From Octopus vulgaris (taxonomy: Eukaryota): DNA of 64,000 nt. Each line of letters starts with the position of its first letter. Position 1 is the stretch's first letter. Positions 1 to 13,302 of the stretch are shown here, in pieces. The position numbers and the translations under genes were made by a program. Under the pieces are notes generated by a model, which saw only the letters and a program-made list of their open reading frames with translations, was not told where the DNA came from and did no database searches. The stretch spans positions 142,848,001 through 142,912,000 of the forward strand of contig OX597818.1 in assembly GCA_951406725.2 (NCBI GenBank). Direction: 5' to 3'.

Positions 1-1760
1 TACCTCAAATGATGGTAATGCTGATCCCTATGACAGCACCGAACACTCTATACTGTCATGAAGAGAGTGAATGGTAGAAAGGAATTTTGGTGGAATGAAA
101 ACTTTCTAAAGTATTTTCCACGGTTCTTTACGGGATATGCTGTAAAAAAGGTTGGGTCAAACTAAAAAGTATGTTGATTTGTAGTGTTCTTAGGATTTTT
201 CTTGCAGTTGACAGGTGGCAAAAATCTTATCTACTGTGCTACATCCACGATGAAATCTGTTCTGTGATGCAAAGAGTACAGATTTGGTTATTGGTGGGAG
301 GAGACGTTCTAATAATCTTATTAGAATGTCCCCTACCAATAACTGAATTTGTATTCCTTGCGAACATTTTCCTAGCAATCGAGAGTCGAAAATCTCCTAC
401 AATTGTCAATCGCTCGATCTCTTTTCTTGGAAATTGTCACGATTGGGCCATGTTTGAAGTGAGATGGAACTTGATTTCGTCATACTAACCCCAGTTATCA
501 GTTTTTTGAAATCCAAGAAATTCAGAAGAGATATCATGACTTAATTTGCAATTCACCTCATGAAGCCGGATCCTGAATCGATGAAAGATGTTCCTGGAAA
601 ACTACTTGCGCATCAGGATCTTTAAGCTTTTCCACAGATACATTTTGGTAGGGTTTCATTGTTAGTCTGTCTGTACATAGGATGTCATTTTAATTTTTGC
701 TTTAACAAATGCATGATCTGACCAACAATCTGCCTCTTTAAAGGAATGCACGTCAAGTACATCTTTCATATCTCATTGCCAAACAATTACAAAATCAATT
801 TCATGCCACTGTTTGGATCGAGGCTGCATCCATGTCATAATGTAACATTCTTTATGTATAAACTGGGTGCTTGATATAAATATGTCTATATCTGTGCAAA
901 GTTGAAGGAGTAGCCAACCATTATCATTCATTTTTCCAACCCCATACCTTCCAAGACATCTCCAGGTGTTTCAGTCAGTGCCAACTCTAGCGTGAAAGTC
1001 ACCAAGTATAATAATTCTATCAAAATTAGCAATACCACGCACTCTTAAAACTACATAAAATTCGAGTTTTGCCTTTTCACTGCTTTCTAGAGTCGGTGTA
1101 TATGTACTTATACTTGTCGCATAGCGATCATCTCTTCATTTCACGTGTAGAGCCATAGTTCCCTCGTTAATACCCTGGGTGAGTCACTCAACTTTGACAC
1201 TAATCTTTAATGACAAATCCTCACACACTTCCATACGTTGTCCATCTTCTCCTTTCCAAAATATTGTATACCCTGCGTCGCGTTCTGTGACCTGACCATC
1301 ACCCAATAAACAGTTCTCTGAGAGTGTAGCAATATCTACAGAATATTTTCGTAGCTCGTTAGCAAGAATGGCTGTTTTACGCCCAGGACAAGCACCAGCA
1401 TTATCCGCTAACGAGCGAACATTCCGTTGGTTAATTAGTTTTGGTATTATTAATTCCATTGTTTCGAGCGCTGTACGAACATCTGCCTACTGCACTAAAC
1501 TGAACAGATTTTTGAGGTAAGCGAATTTGGGGTTACCTTTTCTAAACCCTCCCAAATACATCGGTGCGTAGTGCTGTCCCTAAAAAAGTGCTGCTCTGAC
1601 ACTTAATAGAGAAATCGAATCCCACCATTACCTTGGGTTGATGCGGAAGCAAATTTACACCTACTAAAAGGCCGCCTTTTTTGTAGGTTGGTGACTAGAT
1701 ACCTTCAGCCCATCAGGTTTATATCGAATGGCACCTTCTTCTCACCACAGGTCTTGTGAC
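1..1760 (-). mobile_element. Decayed RTE-clade LINE, 5' part (AP endonuclease N-terminus plus start of RT), running off the window
   Basis: ORF 1184..1459 'RNVRSL...RKTAILANELRKYSVDIATLSE..L.GDGQVTE...GYTIFWKG' is the RTE endonuclease start; ORF 190..378 'SQNRFHRGCSTVDKIFATCQLQEK' is an RT motif. Many stops and frameshifts. Confidence 0.85.
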
Positions 1761-1810
1761 AAAAATAAATAAAATAAATAAACAAAGGACAGCAAAATTA
1801 CAAAGGAACA

Positions 1811-2130
1811 TTTTTTATTATTTTACGCGCCCTTTTCAAGCCTAGCCAAGCTCAAGGGCCCGGTTTCCCGGTTTCTATGGCGTATGTGTTCCTCCCAGCT
1901 GGATGGGACGCCAGTCCACCGCAGCGTTACTCAAGAAACAGGAAGAAAGAGTGAGAGAAAGTTGGGGCGAAAGAGTACAACAAGGGTCGCCACCACTCCC
2001 TGTCGGAGCCTCGTGGAGCCTTTAGGTGTTTTCGCTCGATAAACACACACAACGCCCGGTCTGGGAATCGAAACCGCGATCCTCCGACCGCGAGTCCGCT
2101 GCCCTAACCACTGGGCCACTGAGCCTTCAC
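1811..2130 (-). mobile_element. Full-length tRNA-derived SINE with A-rich tail and ~12-bp TSD
   Basis: Minus strand reads ggctcagtggcccagtggttaggg (box A) ... ggtttcgattccc (box B); flanks acaaaggaacat (1800-1811) and acaaaagaacat (2131-2142). Confidence 0.85.
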
Positions 2131-2319
2131 ACAAAAGAACATAAAAGAACAATAAGGCAGCAATGAAGATAACACAATAACGTCAGAAAAACCCGTGCAG
2201 AATTGAAGCCTTGTGCAATTTGCACAGCATTGCAAAGACTCTTGTAGGTACTCTCTAAGTACTTCAAAGATAAACTGAAGCTAGATATTTGACTCAGTAA
2301 TTCTAATGGTTGTTGCATC

Positions 2320-2518
2320 AGAGAATCCTTCTACCTTTTCTCAATCAATAATGACCTATAAAATAGCAGGTGTCTAAGAACATAAAGTATATAGAAATTA
2401 CAATTCCGTTTTCATTTTGGTTTACAATTATGTTTTCTTTTGACACATTCTACCAGTATACGAAGTTTCAAATTGTTTAGTTAACTAGGAAAATCTGGCC
2501 TTCAAAATGAAAAGATTC
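2320..2518. mobile_element. Diverged fragment of the GGATCT (Merlin-type) MITE family
   Basis: gacacattctaccagtatacgaagttt...ttcaaaatgaaaagattc matches the right end of the copies at 5028-5446 and 30629-31054. Confidence 0.6.
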
Positions 2519-2656
2519 AGTATATAAATATATAAAGAAACAATATTAAAAAATATACATTCGTAAGGTATAAAATTTAAAAATATAGGAATTATAGACA
2601 ATATATACATATCTACACAATGCTGAATGGCCGTTGACTCTCTCTCTCTCTCTTTC

Positions 2657-2705
<49 letters not shown>

Positions 2706-5027
2706 TACACAGACACACACACGGTATACATAAAGTTAATATGGACAGAAGTCTACAGTGTTTTACTCAAAAGAAAAACTATAATTGTCACTAAATATGA
2801 CTAGGGTGTTAGAAACACTTACATTGCTAGAAATAAGAGCTACAATGTTCTAATTCTGTAGTCAAAGCGCATAATTGTATACATATACAGACAGGGACTG
2901 TAATCGACTGAAAACACCAATCGAGAGAATTCCCTATATGTATATATGCGCGCGGGTACATACATACACACACACAATTTGGTCAGTAATATCTAATCAA
3001 CTTCACATCTGCTACTCATCAACCACACACGACATATTGCGTAGCCACAACTTTTCATTAACGGTTGTCCGATCGGCTAAGATGTAGACGTTGACATCGA
3101 TCATCAATGGTTGTCCTGGCAACTAAGTAAAGATGACTGACATGGAAGTTGCGTTATTGTCGTATTGATTGGGTATTTACGACCTTGGTGATAACAACAA
3201 CAACAACAACAAAAATATTGGTGGTGGCGGCGATGATTAATTTGGAAGATAATGAATAATATTGATTTCATTTTGACCTGATATAATTTCTTTACATTTT
3301 CCGTGGAGGGAAACAGGGAAGTTATGGTGGATCTGCATTGGGAGGACATAAGTGAAGTGAAGTGATTCCAAAGGGGAATCGAAACTGCGCCGCGTTGTTG
3401 GAAAACTGGAGCCTCTGAGGGGACGGTGGGACCTCCATGCCAAAGGTTACTAATCTTTAGCAGTCGTCACTTATTTTTAAAATCAATAATCTCCGAAATA
3501 CTCTTTTATTCTTATCTCTTTGTCTGTCCAAAGGATTTCATTTACTTATCCTAAACATCCATACTTGTTTTCAGACTTTTATAGTAAGCCCTTGTTTCAT
3601 ACGATCTGAAGGCTTTCTTTTCATAAGTTCCAAGTTACTCTGCAGATATGAGGTAATACACAGAAGATGAACATGGCCTTCACTTGTAAACACTTTCCAT
3701 GATTATTCAACTTGTATATGTTTGTGACCTAGAGTAAAGGTTTTTAAAGTTACAGCTCTGTTCTATGAATTCATTGTACAGTGTTCCTTTATCGAATGAC
3801 ACATTACAGCCTTCTGAACAGAGTTATCATTAGATGGTTTCACATCATGCTGCTTCTAATTCAAAGGGTGTATTAGTTAGACGCTCAGGAAAAATGGGAG
3901 AAATCTGACGTTTCGAGCCTACGCTTTTCTACAGAAAGGAAGGAGCTAATAACGGGTTAGATACTTATTTGTGTGGTGCGACGTGAGGATATTGCGTTCA
4001 TTGTACGTGCTTAGAGAAGCGTATTGTAGACGATGTGATTCTTTTGAATACAGGTCAAGTAGTGACCAAGAATGCGCGAATTTCTGCGCTGACCCTCTTG
4101 ACCCTATGTATAGCTAGATTTTGGCGGCAAAATAATGAAAAATTTCACTAGACTACGGGCGATCGAATGATCTCAGCTGCCATATGATTCAGTCGTCTAA
4201 TGTACCCTGGCATACTTCTCGTTACCAGACTAACGAAGTTTCAATTCCAAGCCGCGCTACATTCGTAATAAGACCCGAAAAAAAGAAAAAAAGAAAAAAG
4301 AAAAAAGTACAGATACACATTATGCTTGAAAATGTCCGTTGTAATTTCAAAAATTTTGTTTCCTTTCACACTATCATCATAAAAGCATGCAGCTAAACAC
4401 ACGTTCACACACTACAATCTAAACCACATCTGACTGATTCAAACCTAACACTCACAACTCGAACTAATACCCCTGAGTTAAAACCTAATGAACTGTAACC
4501 ATGAAACCTATAATAAAGACGAACCGTATGCGAATAACATGTAACTTTACAACGCAGCTATGTATAAGTAAAATGTACCAATAAATACTATATAGTTAAT
4601 AGTTGGACAGGAAGTCGAGATACATAAATCTAAACGCAAGCGCTGGCTTGGGTATATGGGTTTGTAAGTACATATGTGTGTCTGTGTGAGTCTATATATA
4701 TATACACATATAGGAGTGTGCTTTTGTGGGTGTTTGCGTGTTTGTGTGTATGGGTGTTCCCGCGTACATAGGAAACTATATGTTGGTGTCTTGGATAAAT
4801 GTACGTGTCTTGGATAAATATATATATTGTATGTATGTTCCATATGTGTATATGAGTATGAATATATATGTATGTATGTGTGTAAATATATATATATATA
4901 TGTCTGTATATGTGTGTATGCCTGGATCAATGGATGGACCTATATGTATGTATATATGAGTGTGTGTGTGTGTATTTATATATGTGTTTGTATATCTATC
5001 TATCTATCTGTCTGTGTGTGTGCGTGT

Positions 5028-5446
5028 GATCTTTTCGGTTTGTCGGCAGTTTTTTCTAGCGGTGTCATATGAAATTGTCACCCATAATTATGACCCTAGT
5101 ATCGATCTATTGCATTTCAATCTATTTTAGGGTTAGGGTTAGGGGTGGAGGGAAGGGTATCTTTTTTTCGTCACAAATGTAAATAAACCCAATCTGTTTC
5201 TTAAACGAGGGACATATTCATACGGCACAGAATGTTTTTTTTTACCTCAATAGACGTCAGTGATTGGTTGAAATTGCAGAAATTGAAGAAAAAACAACAA
5301 CAAATATCTTACAAACTATAGAATTTTCTCAATAAAGCCAAGAGAAAAAGATATTTTATAAACACATTCTACTAGTATACGAAGTTTAAAATTTTTTAGT
5401 TACCTAGAAATTATGTTAAAAACTGCCGTTCAAACCGAAAAGATCC
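5028..5446. mobile_element. Merlin-type MITE, family 1 (~420 bp), inserted in a (GT)n tract
   Basis: TIRs (G)GATCTTTTCGGTTTG..CGGCAGTTTTT / AAAAACTGCCGTTCAAACCGAAAAGATCC; close match to 30629-31054. Confidence 0.88.
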
Positions 5447-5885
5447 GTGTGTGTGTGTGTGTGTGTGTCTATCTGTTTGAATGTATATGAATGAACATAA
5501 AACTACTTGACTGGGAATTAATTTTCTTTTCTTTACTTCTACTTTCTTTTTCTCTAAGCAGTTATGACAGCAAAAGCTGATTAGGTCATTTTATCTAAAC
5601 AGGAACGCAAGATTTCCACGTCCATATTTGAATTTTTTAGCGTTTCCGTAATATTATTTGCTTTTATACACTCCCTAACTTCATGGACGTATAACAAGTC
5701 GGCCGACAAAAAAAAAAAAAAAAGAAAAAGGAAAAAAAACTAGTGAGACATATCTTTATCGATGTTCCTGATGAGACCAAGACTGATGGGTCGAAACACA
5801 TGCTGTATCCGGCAAATATTTAATACCGAATCCATCTCCTACCCAATTAATATTGTGTGTGTGTGTATGTATGTATGTATGTATG

Positions 5886-5933
<48 letters not shown>

Positions 5934-6189
5934 ATTAAAAAGACAGAGAAAAAACAAAAAGAAAAACAAAAAAGAGGACATAGCAAAAGCAGTGTATTAA
6001 AATGACGCTCGGAGAAGGAAAAGAGTAGTTGTTTTACGTTTCGAGCATATAACTCTTCTTCGGAAACAGGAAAGTCCAAATGGAAGAAGAAAGAAGGAGG
6101 GAAAAAATCGCTAATGATCCACGTACGGTTACATTTCTGAAGTGACCGGAAGGAGGAGAAACAGAAAGTGGTTTCTGGGACAGGAAAGT

Positions 6190-7076
6190 GTAAATATAAT
6201 TGGCCATGAGAAAATACCAGTTGAGGCAAATGTATTCAAACTTTTTCAAATGTTTGCTCTTGAGCCCTATTAATTGTCATTGAATATGCAAGTCGAAGTG
6301 GAAACTAAAGTCTGTTTAGTGTGAATTTCTTCTGGCGTGCAGTTGTTGAAAATTTCTGGGTACAAATGTACAAATTGAAATTCAAAAGAACGAAATAATA
6401 AATGGATTTACGAATGAAAGTTTGGTGATTGCGTTTATTTCCACCACGCGACACTTATTATTGCAAACATGTGTTAACTAACCTATACTATACACACGCA
6501 ATTTGTGACTTAATTTTATTCTCGTGTGATAATGAAAAGTGAAACTGGCAGCCAATATTTGCTGCCTATGTATCTATTTATGAATTGTCTCTCTCACTTT
6601 CTCTTTGTCTCTTACTTCCTTTGTATCCCTCTTCTCTCCCGTTTTTGATTAAACAATGTGTAATGTATCTATGTATCTACTTCTCTTGCGATGAGACAAA
6701 CATTTAAAAGCACAAAATGAACGCCGTCACCACTCACTGTCTCTTTCACTTTTTCCCATTCTCTTTCTTTCTCTCTGACGTCTTCTCTGAAACATTTAAA
6801 AACACTAAACGAACGCCGTCATCACTCACTCTCTCTTTCGTTCTCTCTCTCTCTCTCATCCTCTCTCACTCTCTTTCTTTCTCTTTTAATTCCTCTCTGA
6901 AACATTTAAAAGCACAAAACGAACGCCATCACTACTGATGTCTCTTTCGCTTTCTCTCTCACTCCCTGACTCTTACTTCTCTCTCATCCTCTCTCTCGCT
7001 TTGCCACTTCAAAGAAGTGTGACGCACACAACAGGTACGCTAATAACAAAAAAAGTTAGCGTATTAATATTATTGA
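6190..7076 (-). mobile_element. Helitron remnant: 5' end plus PIF1-like helicase C-terminal fragment
   Basis: Minus strand A|TCAATAATATTAATA start at 7076 with subterminal IR tacgctaa/ttagcgta; 6190-6330 translates to '[36 protein letters not shown]'; internal 3x ~100-bp repeat (aaacatttaaaa..gaacgcc) at ~6698-6950. Confidence 0.8.
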
Positions 7077-7527
7077 TATGCATTTTAAACTAATGCTTAA
7101 TTATAGTAGGTGTTAAGGAAGTTACAAACCAGGTGAAGTGTGGAAAAAGGATTAAGGGATGTTGATGAAGTATCGATCTTTAAAGTAAAGTAAAATAATA
7201 TGATGATAAGGTAAATACAATAATTTAATTAAGTGAGCTTATGCGATCCTCTGAACTACATAATGAAAAATATAGAAAGCTATAGTAGGGGTAGTCATTC
7301 AAACAGAATTTGTGTTAACAAGAATATCTGAATGTCAGCAAGAATCTTTAACTATGCTAAGAGAAAGCCTAATGGAAATTATTTACTAACAATAAAGAAG
7401 TTAAAAGCATTTTAAGTTGCATAGTTTTAGCCAATGAAATTTAAGCCTCTTTCCTCACAGCGGAAGTTGAAACAATTTGTTGTCGTGGCAACTCCGCTTC
7501 ATATATTAATTATACTGGAAGTATAGT

Positions 7528-7910
7528 ATGAGACAATTCCGAGAGTCTATATGCGTTGGAAGCATGTGGTCGGAAGGGAGAACCATTCCACTTAGAGCTG
7601 TAATTTTATTTATATACTGCCAGGTGAAAGAGATGACAAGTATTGTAAAAGAAGAACTAGGGAGTGGTGCGACTGCAGCAGTTGATTACAAAACTTATTT
7701 GCGAGAGGTCTGAGCAGACGAATTACTGCGCAATCGGAAGAAAATTGGTGGTCCTGGCAGAATTGTCGAAATAGACGAAACCGTGTTTTCGAGAAGAAAA
7801 TACAACCGGGGTCGAATACTACCCGTTCGAGTAGGTTTTCACGAAACGCGAGAAGTTTTTCTTTTCGTCATACCTTCTCGAGATCGTAATATGCTCGAAA
7901 AATGCATATC
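7528..7910 (+). pseudogene. Merlin (IS1016/IS1595-like, ISXO2 domain) DDE transposase relic
   Basis: One frame reads '...AVDYKTYLREV*ADELLRNRKKIGGPGRIVEIDETVFSRRKYNRGRILP...ETREVFLFVIPSRDRNMLEKCI'. KIGGPG.IVEIDE..F.RRKYNRGR is the Merlin hallmark; in-frame stop at 7711-7713. Confidence 0.88.
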
Positions 7911-8439
7911 TCAATTTTGCTTATTTCAATGTGTTTTCGTTTCATTCCGACTGCTATTTCTAGCAGCAGGTCGAAGAACTCTGACTATGGCAATGTATGT
8001 AAATATAAATCATCAAGTGGCTAGAATTAAAAAAAAAAATCCTTTACAGTTTTTATTCAAGAGTTTTCTTTTCATATCGGCTGCTATTTCTAGCGGTAGG
8101 TCGACGAGCAAAAACAATAATATTATTGTACATAAATATGTCTTCAAGAAAATGTTCATTATTTCATCATTATTTTCTTTCAATAAATTCTTTTAAGAAA
8201 AAACAAAAAAAACTCCTTTTTTGTTTTCTTTTCTTTCATTAAATATTTAAAAAAAGCCTCATATTTCACTTTGTTTTCAACGTTTGTGAAAACACACTCA
8301 TTTCATAGGTTAAAAATGTATAACTTTTAAATGCTTCTATCCTATAAATTATTAATTTTTCGAAAAATTCTATACATCTGTGTAGAAATTTTGAAAACAA
8401 TCCATTCAGAATTGAAAAATCTTCAAGTGGCTGGAAAAT

Positions 8440-8672
8440 ATCCGATCGAGGGGATCGACTCCCCCTTCCCCCTTCCCCTCAAAAACTGCTGGCTCTGGGC
8501 CAAAACTTGAAAGCATTACTATTATTATTCGTCTGAGTTCAAATTCCGCGAGGTCAACTTTGCCTTTCATCTTTTCGGGTTGATAAATTAAGTACCAGTG
8601 AAATACTGAAGCCAATATAATCGACTAGTCCTCACCCTCAAAATTTAAGGCTTTGTGCTTTTACTAGAAAGG

Positions 8673-8719
<47 letters not shown>

Positions 8720-9350
8720 CATTAAAAAGACGGCAATCTGGCAGAATCGTTAGCACTCCGGGCGAAATGCTTAGCGGTATTTCGTCTGCCGCTATGTTCT
8801 GAGTTCAAATTCCGCCGAGGTCGACTTTGCCTTTCATCCTTTCGGGGTCGATTAAATAAGCACCAGTTACGCACTGGGGTCAATATAATCGACTTAATCC
8901 GTTTGTCTGTCTTTGTTTGTCCTCTCTGTTTAGCCCCTTGTAGGTAGTAAAGAAATAGGTATTTCGTCTGCCGCTACGTTCTGAGTACAAAGTCCGCCAA
9001 AGTCGACTTTGCCTTTCATCCTTTCTGGGTCGATAAATTAAGTACCAGTTGAACACTGGAGTAGATATAATCGACTTACTCTCTCTCTCCCGAAACTGCT
9101 GGACTTGTGCCGAAATTTGAAACCATTATCATTATTCATAAGGCAGCGACTTGGCAGAGTCGTTAGCACGCCGGACAAAATGTTTTGTAGCATCTCGTCC
9201 GTCTTTGCATTCTGAGTTCAAATTCCGCCGAGGTCACCTTCATCCTTTCGCAGTCGATGAAATAAAGTACTAGTTAGGCATTGGCTTGATGTACTCGACT
9301 AGCCCCACGACCCAAAAATTTCAGGCTTTGTGCCTGTAGTAGAAAGGACT
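8440..9350 (+). mobile_element. Head-to-tail cluster of SINE family A (tRNA-like head ggcggcgagctggcagaatcgttagc; core gcctttcatcctttcggggtcgataaattaagtaccag) with (TTA)n linkers
   Basis: About four partial or complete units; CpGs in the core largely retained. Confidence 0.85.
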
Positions 9351-9482
9351 CATCTAAGACTTTAATAAAATTACCACACCCCAAATTCCTTCTTTCTGTC
9401 GGTCGGTCTGGACCCTGAAGAAAACCTGTCAATAACTGACGTGACGCAAGCAATAGTAACAAAGTGACCTTCCTATCTTATC

Positions 9483-9690
9483 TACTCTAGGCACAAGGCC
9501 CGAAATTTTGGGGGAGGGGGTCAGTCGATTAGATCGACTCCAATACGCAACTGGTACTTAATTTATCGACCCCCTAGAGGATGAAAGGTGAAGTTGACCT
9601 CGGAGGAATCTGAACTCAGATCGTTAAGACAGACGAAACACCTGTCAACATTCCGTCCCGGCGTGCTAACGGTTCTGCCAGCTCGCCGCT
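9483..9690 (-). mobile_element. SINE family A copy, inverted relative to the adjacent cluster
   Basis: Reverse complement of the family A head (gctaacggttctgccagctcgccgc) and core. Confidence 0.8.
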
Positions 9691-12319
9691 TTATCGAATG
9701 TAATAATAAATGTAAAAAAATACAAGTTAGAAATAACTTCCAACATGTGGTTCAGGTAAAACTTGAATGCGGAGGAGGAGGGGGGAGTAGAGAGAGGAAA
9801 GGCAGGTAAAAATTGTGACTTGATTGTGTGGAATGCTGAGACAGGTAAACCACGCCGAGGAAGACGTTGAAATAGTATGTCACTCGTTGTGAGTCAGAAG
9901 CAATAGTTTTCATATTTTATTTTTTTTCCATGCCTGTGGTTCCTTAATTACTATCACTGAAGTCTTTACCTGACTGGATACATTTCTTTGTTTTTTTTTA
10001 AAAAAAGGTAAAACTAAATCTTTATAATTTCTTTCTCTCCGTACGTGATATACTTTTAAAATATCTAAATTCACAACACGCACACATTTATATGTAAATA
10101 TATAATATACACGTTTAAATGTATATAATATACACATTTGTGTATATATGATATACACAAATAAATGTGTGAGTGTATATATATATATATATATCAATAA
10201 GTGCGTATATGTATCAACAAATTCGTATATATATATATATATATAATATATTGTATACAGAAATGTGTGTGTATACAAATTCGTATATATATATATATAT
10301 TGTATACACAAATGTGTGTATATATAATATATATATATATACACTCAAATATGTGTGGTGATAATTTCCACACTTCTAAAAACTTTTAGGAGTGAGGAAA
10401 CGATGAGCAATATTTAATGTATTTGACTTAGAGATTTTTTTTTTTTTTTTACAAATGACCTTTTCAAAATGCATTTAAACACTTTGACATATTCAGAACA
10501 CTATTTCAGAAAAGTATCTTTGTCCTCTTTGAACATTTAAAAGACAAATTCAGCTGGGGCAAAATGAGTAAGGCAAAGATAAATTTACCTCTTCAGGTTT
10601 CCAGATGTGTATGAAGAAACAGTCATACACATCACTATTTATCCTTAGACATCAGAAAGATCAGAAATTCAACAAAAATAATTTAAAATATCTCGGTCAA
10701 ATAAAAGAAGGAGGTTCATGGAAAAATGACACTCGAAATGAATTAACGAAACTCCGCTAAATCTCTATAGCTTCATTACGATTTTGCGTGAGTGGCAGTG
10801 CAATTAGAGTGAAAAAAATTATTGAAAGTAGCCACTACACGTTTTGCCCCATTTTAGACATTTTTTGAAAATTGGAAATTATCAAACATGGGAAATCGAT
10901 CAGAGAAAAGAATATTGATTGTTAAACACGCAAAATTATCCAGATATTTTATTAGTAACTTCAATTATAATCGGTTCAAAGTTGAAGAAAAAATTCCTGA
11001 AAAAAAAAAGTACCTATTCCTTATAATGTTTCAAAATTCAACAACTCTACTGACAATTTTTATTCCCAAATATGAGGAAACGATACAAAATTATGATGCT
11101 GTAATTGCAACGATATGGTTTCAAGCAGGTAGGGAGAAAATAACGAGAAATTAGAAATTACTAATTTTACCCTGGTTACCAATTTTGCACTACACTATTA
11201 TTAACTTACCTGTTAGTATGCGACTTACAGGTATACCTGTTGCTGCTGTTCTAAATTACCTTTGCAGATCGAGCGGATAATTTTGGGTGGATTCTCTTAT
11301 ATTTTACTGACAACTTTTGTTTCTGATAGTTTTCGTCTTGTGTTATAACTTATTATCTAATAACTTCTGGTTAATGGTATTTATTAACTTCCACGAATGA
11401 ACATCAGTGTGATGATAACATATACATATATAACATAATATATATATATAACATAGTATATATATATACGCCGTTAGACAATCTGATCAGTGTATGAACA
11501 CCACTTCAAAAATATTTGTATAAAAGTGTTATAAAAATGCCCGGCGACCACGTAGCTTGCACAATGCAAGAAAATGGTACATTATACATACATATATATG
11601 TGTGTGTGTATATATGTGTCTGTATGTATATATGTGTATATATTTTTATGTGTGTGTGTGTGTGCCAGTTTATATGCGTGTAAGTTAAATGTTAGGTTGT
11701 TGTTTATTTCCAAAGTCGTCCCTGGGCAAGTAGGTCTATGAACAAGGTTTTTTGACACTATGACCATCCTATATTTTCTCTCAACTACATTATCTAATAT
11801 TTTTAAATAAGATGTGATTTGAAATTTTGATTCTATTTCTTAACGGTTCAAAGCGATAACAACAGGCTACTTGGCTGTTGTTTAGCTTAGTTCAGGTCTG
11901 ATTAAAAGCGTTTTAGCCGCGACAATCCCGCCCTTTTGTATAACTAAGGACTACAGAGTTCATTTAACCACTACAATCCCGTCCTTTTCTGTAGTTGGGG
12001 ACCAGAGAGTTCAATGTGCTTTTGGCGATCCAGTTCAAGGTATATTTCCCTGCTGCTGTTACTATGTCAAACGACATGTAGAGGCTTCCTGTTTAGGTGT
12101 GTTGACTTGCCGCGAGTTAGAATGAAAATTAAGTTTTCATTCAGAAGCGACCGACATAAACGTATAAATTATGGTTCTACGATTCTGTTAAGTCGCACTG
12201 AAGGACATTAAGGTATTTGAAAGACATGGCGCCAATCATGTTACCCATTTTGATTATTTTTGTCTCTTGAATGATGGCTCTTCTATGTATATCCGAACAA
12301 GCGAATGCCTAGACATCTT

Positions 12320-12535
12320 TTATATTTCACTGGTTTCTGTCATTAGACTGTGGCCATACTTGAGCACCGCTTTGAAGAATTGGTAATTTTAGTCGATTGA
12401 ATCGACTCCAGTATTTATATTTTTTTTAGCCTGGTATTTATTCTATCGATCTCTTTGACGAATCGCTAAGTAACGAGGACGTAAACACACCAGCACCGAT
12501 TATCAAGCGGTGGTGGGGGACAGACAGACACATCA

Positions 12536-12575
<40 letters not shown>

Positions 12576-12716
12576 CGGGCTTCTTTCAGTTTCCGATTAT
12601 CAAATCCACCCGTAAGGCTTTTTTTCAACCCAAGCCTGTTGTAGAAGACGCTCATGGTGTCACGCAATGGGACTGAACCCGGGACCATGTGGTTGGGAAA
12701 CAAACGTCTACGCCAT
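12320..12716 (-). mobile_element. SINE family B, diverged copy
   Basis: Aligns by eye with 27524-27909 in reverse. Confidence 0.75.
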
Positions 12717-13263
12717 ACACACACACACAAATAAATATATATATATATATGCGCGGGAAGAGAGAGAGAGATGGACTGTTTGGCACATATTGGCGAAATT
12801 TCAAAGTCACTGTATATAAGAATCATTATGTATATTGGTTTCAAATTTTGGCACAAGGTTAGCGAGTTCGGGTGAGACGGGCAAGTCGATTACATCGACC
12901 TTAGTATTCAGCTGGTATTTACTTTATCGACCCCGAAAGGGTGAAAGTGAATCATTATTGTATTTCAACTAGACGTATGTATAATGCTGTACACATGTTT
13001 TTAATCAATATCCATTTTCGTTTTATTTCTAGAAGTACTCAGTATAACTATATATATTAGGTCAGGATTGTTAAATCTGTTTTGCTTTATTTATACACCT
13101 TTGCTAATTATAAATCATCAGGTAGTTTACAACAGGTAACAACTAAACAGGAATATATTTTACAACATTCAATGCAACGTTGTCTTTTTGTTCGTTCTTA
13201 GGACTTGGGCGGGAATTTAGCAAATTACTTACTATTTTTAAACCACCTTTGACACAGTTTGTG

Positions 13264-13302
<39 letters not shown>

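Noticed and set aside
2050-2128. tRNA-like sequence (also the heads of SINE families A and B)
   Set aside because: It continues into a SINE body with tail and TSD, and no complete cloverleaf is evident; not a tRNA gene.
4547-5072. Long Y/I/C/V/H/T-rich ORFs here and at 9910-10389, 24369-24908 and 61333-61865
   Set aside because: Translations of (TA)n/(TG)n/(CA)n/(GA)n microsatellites.
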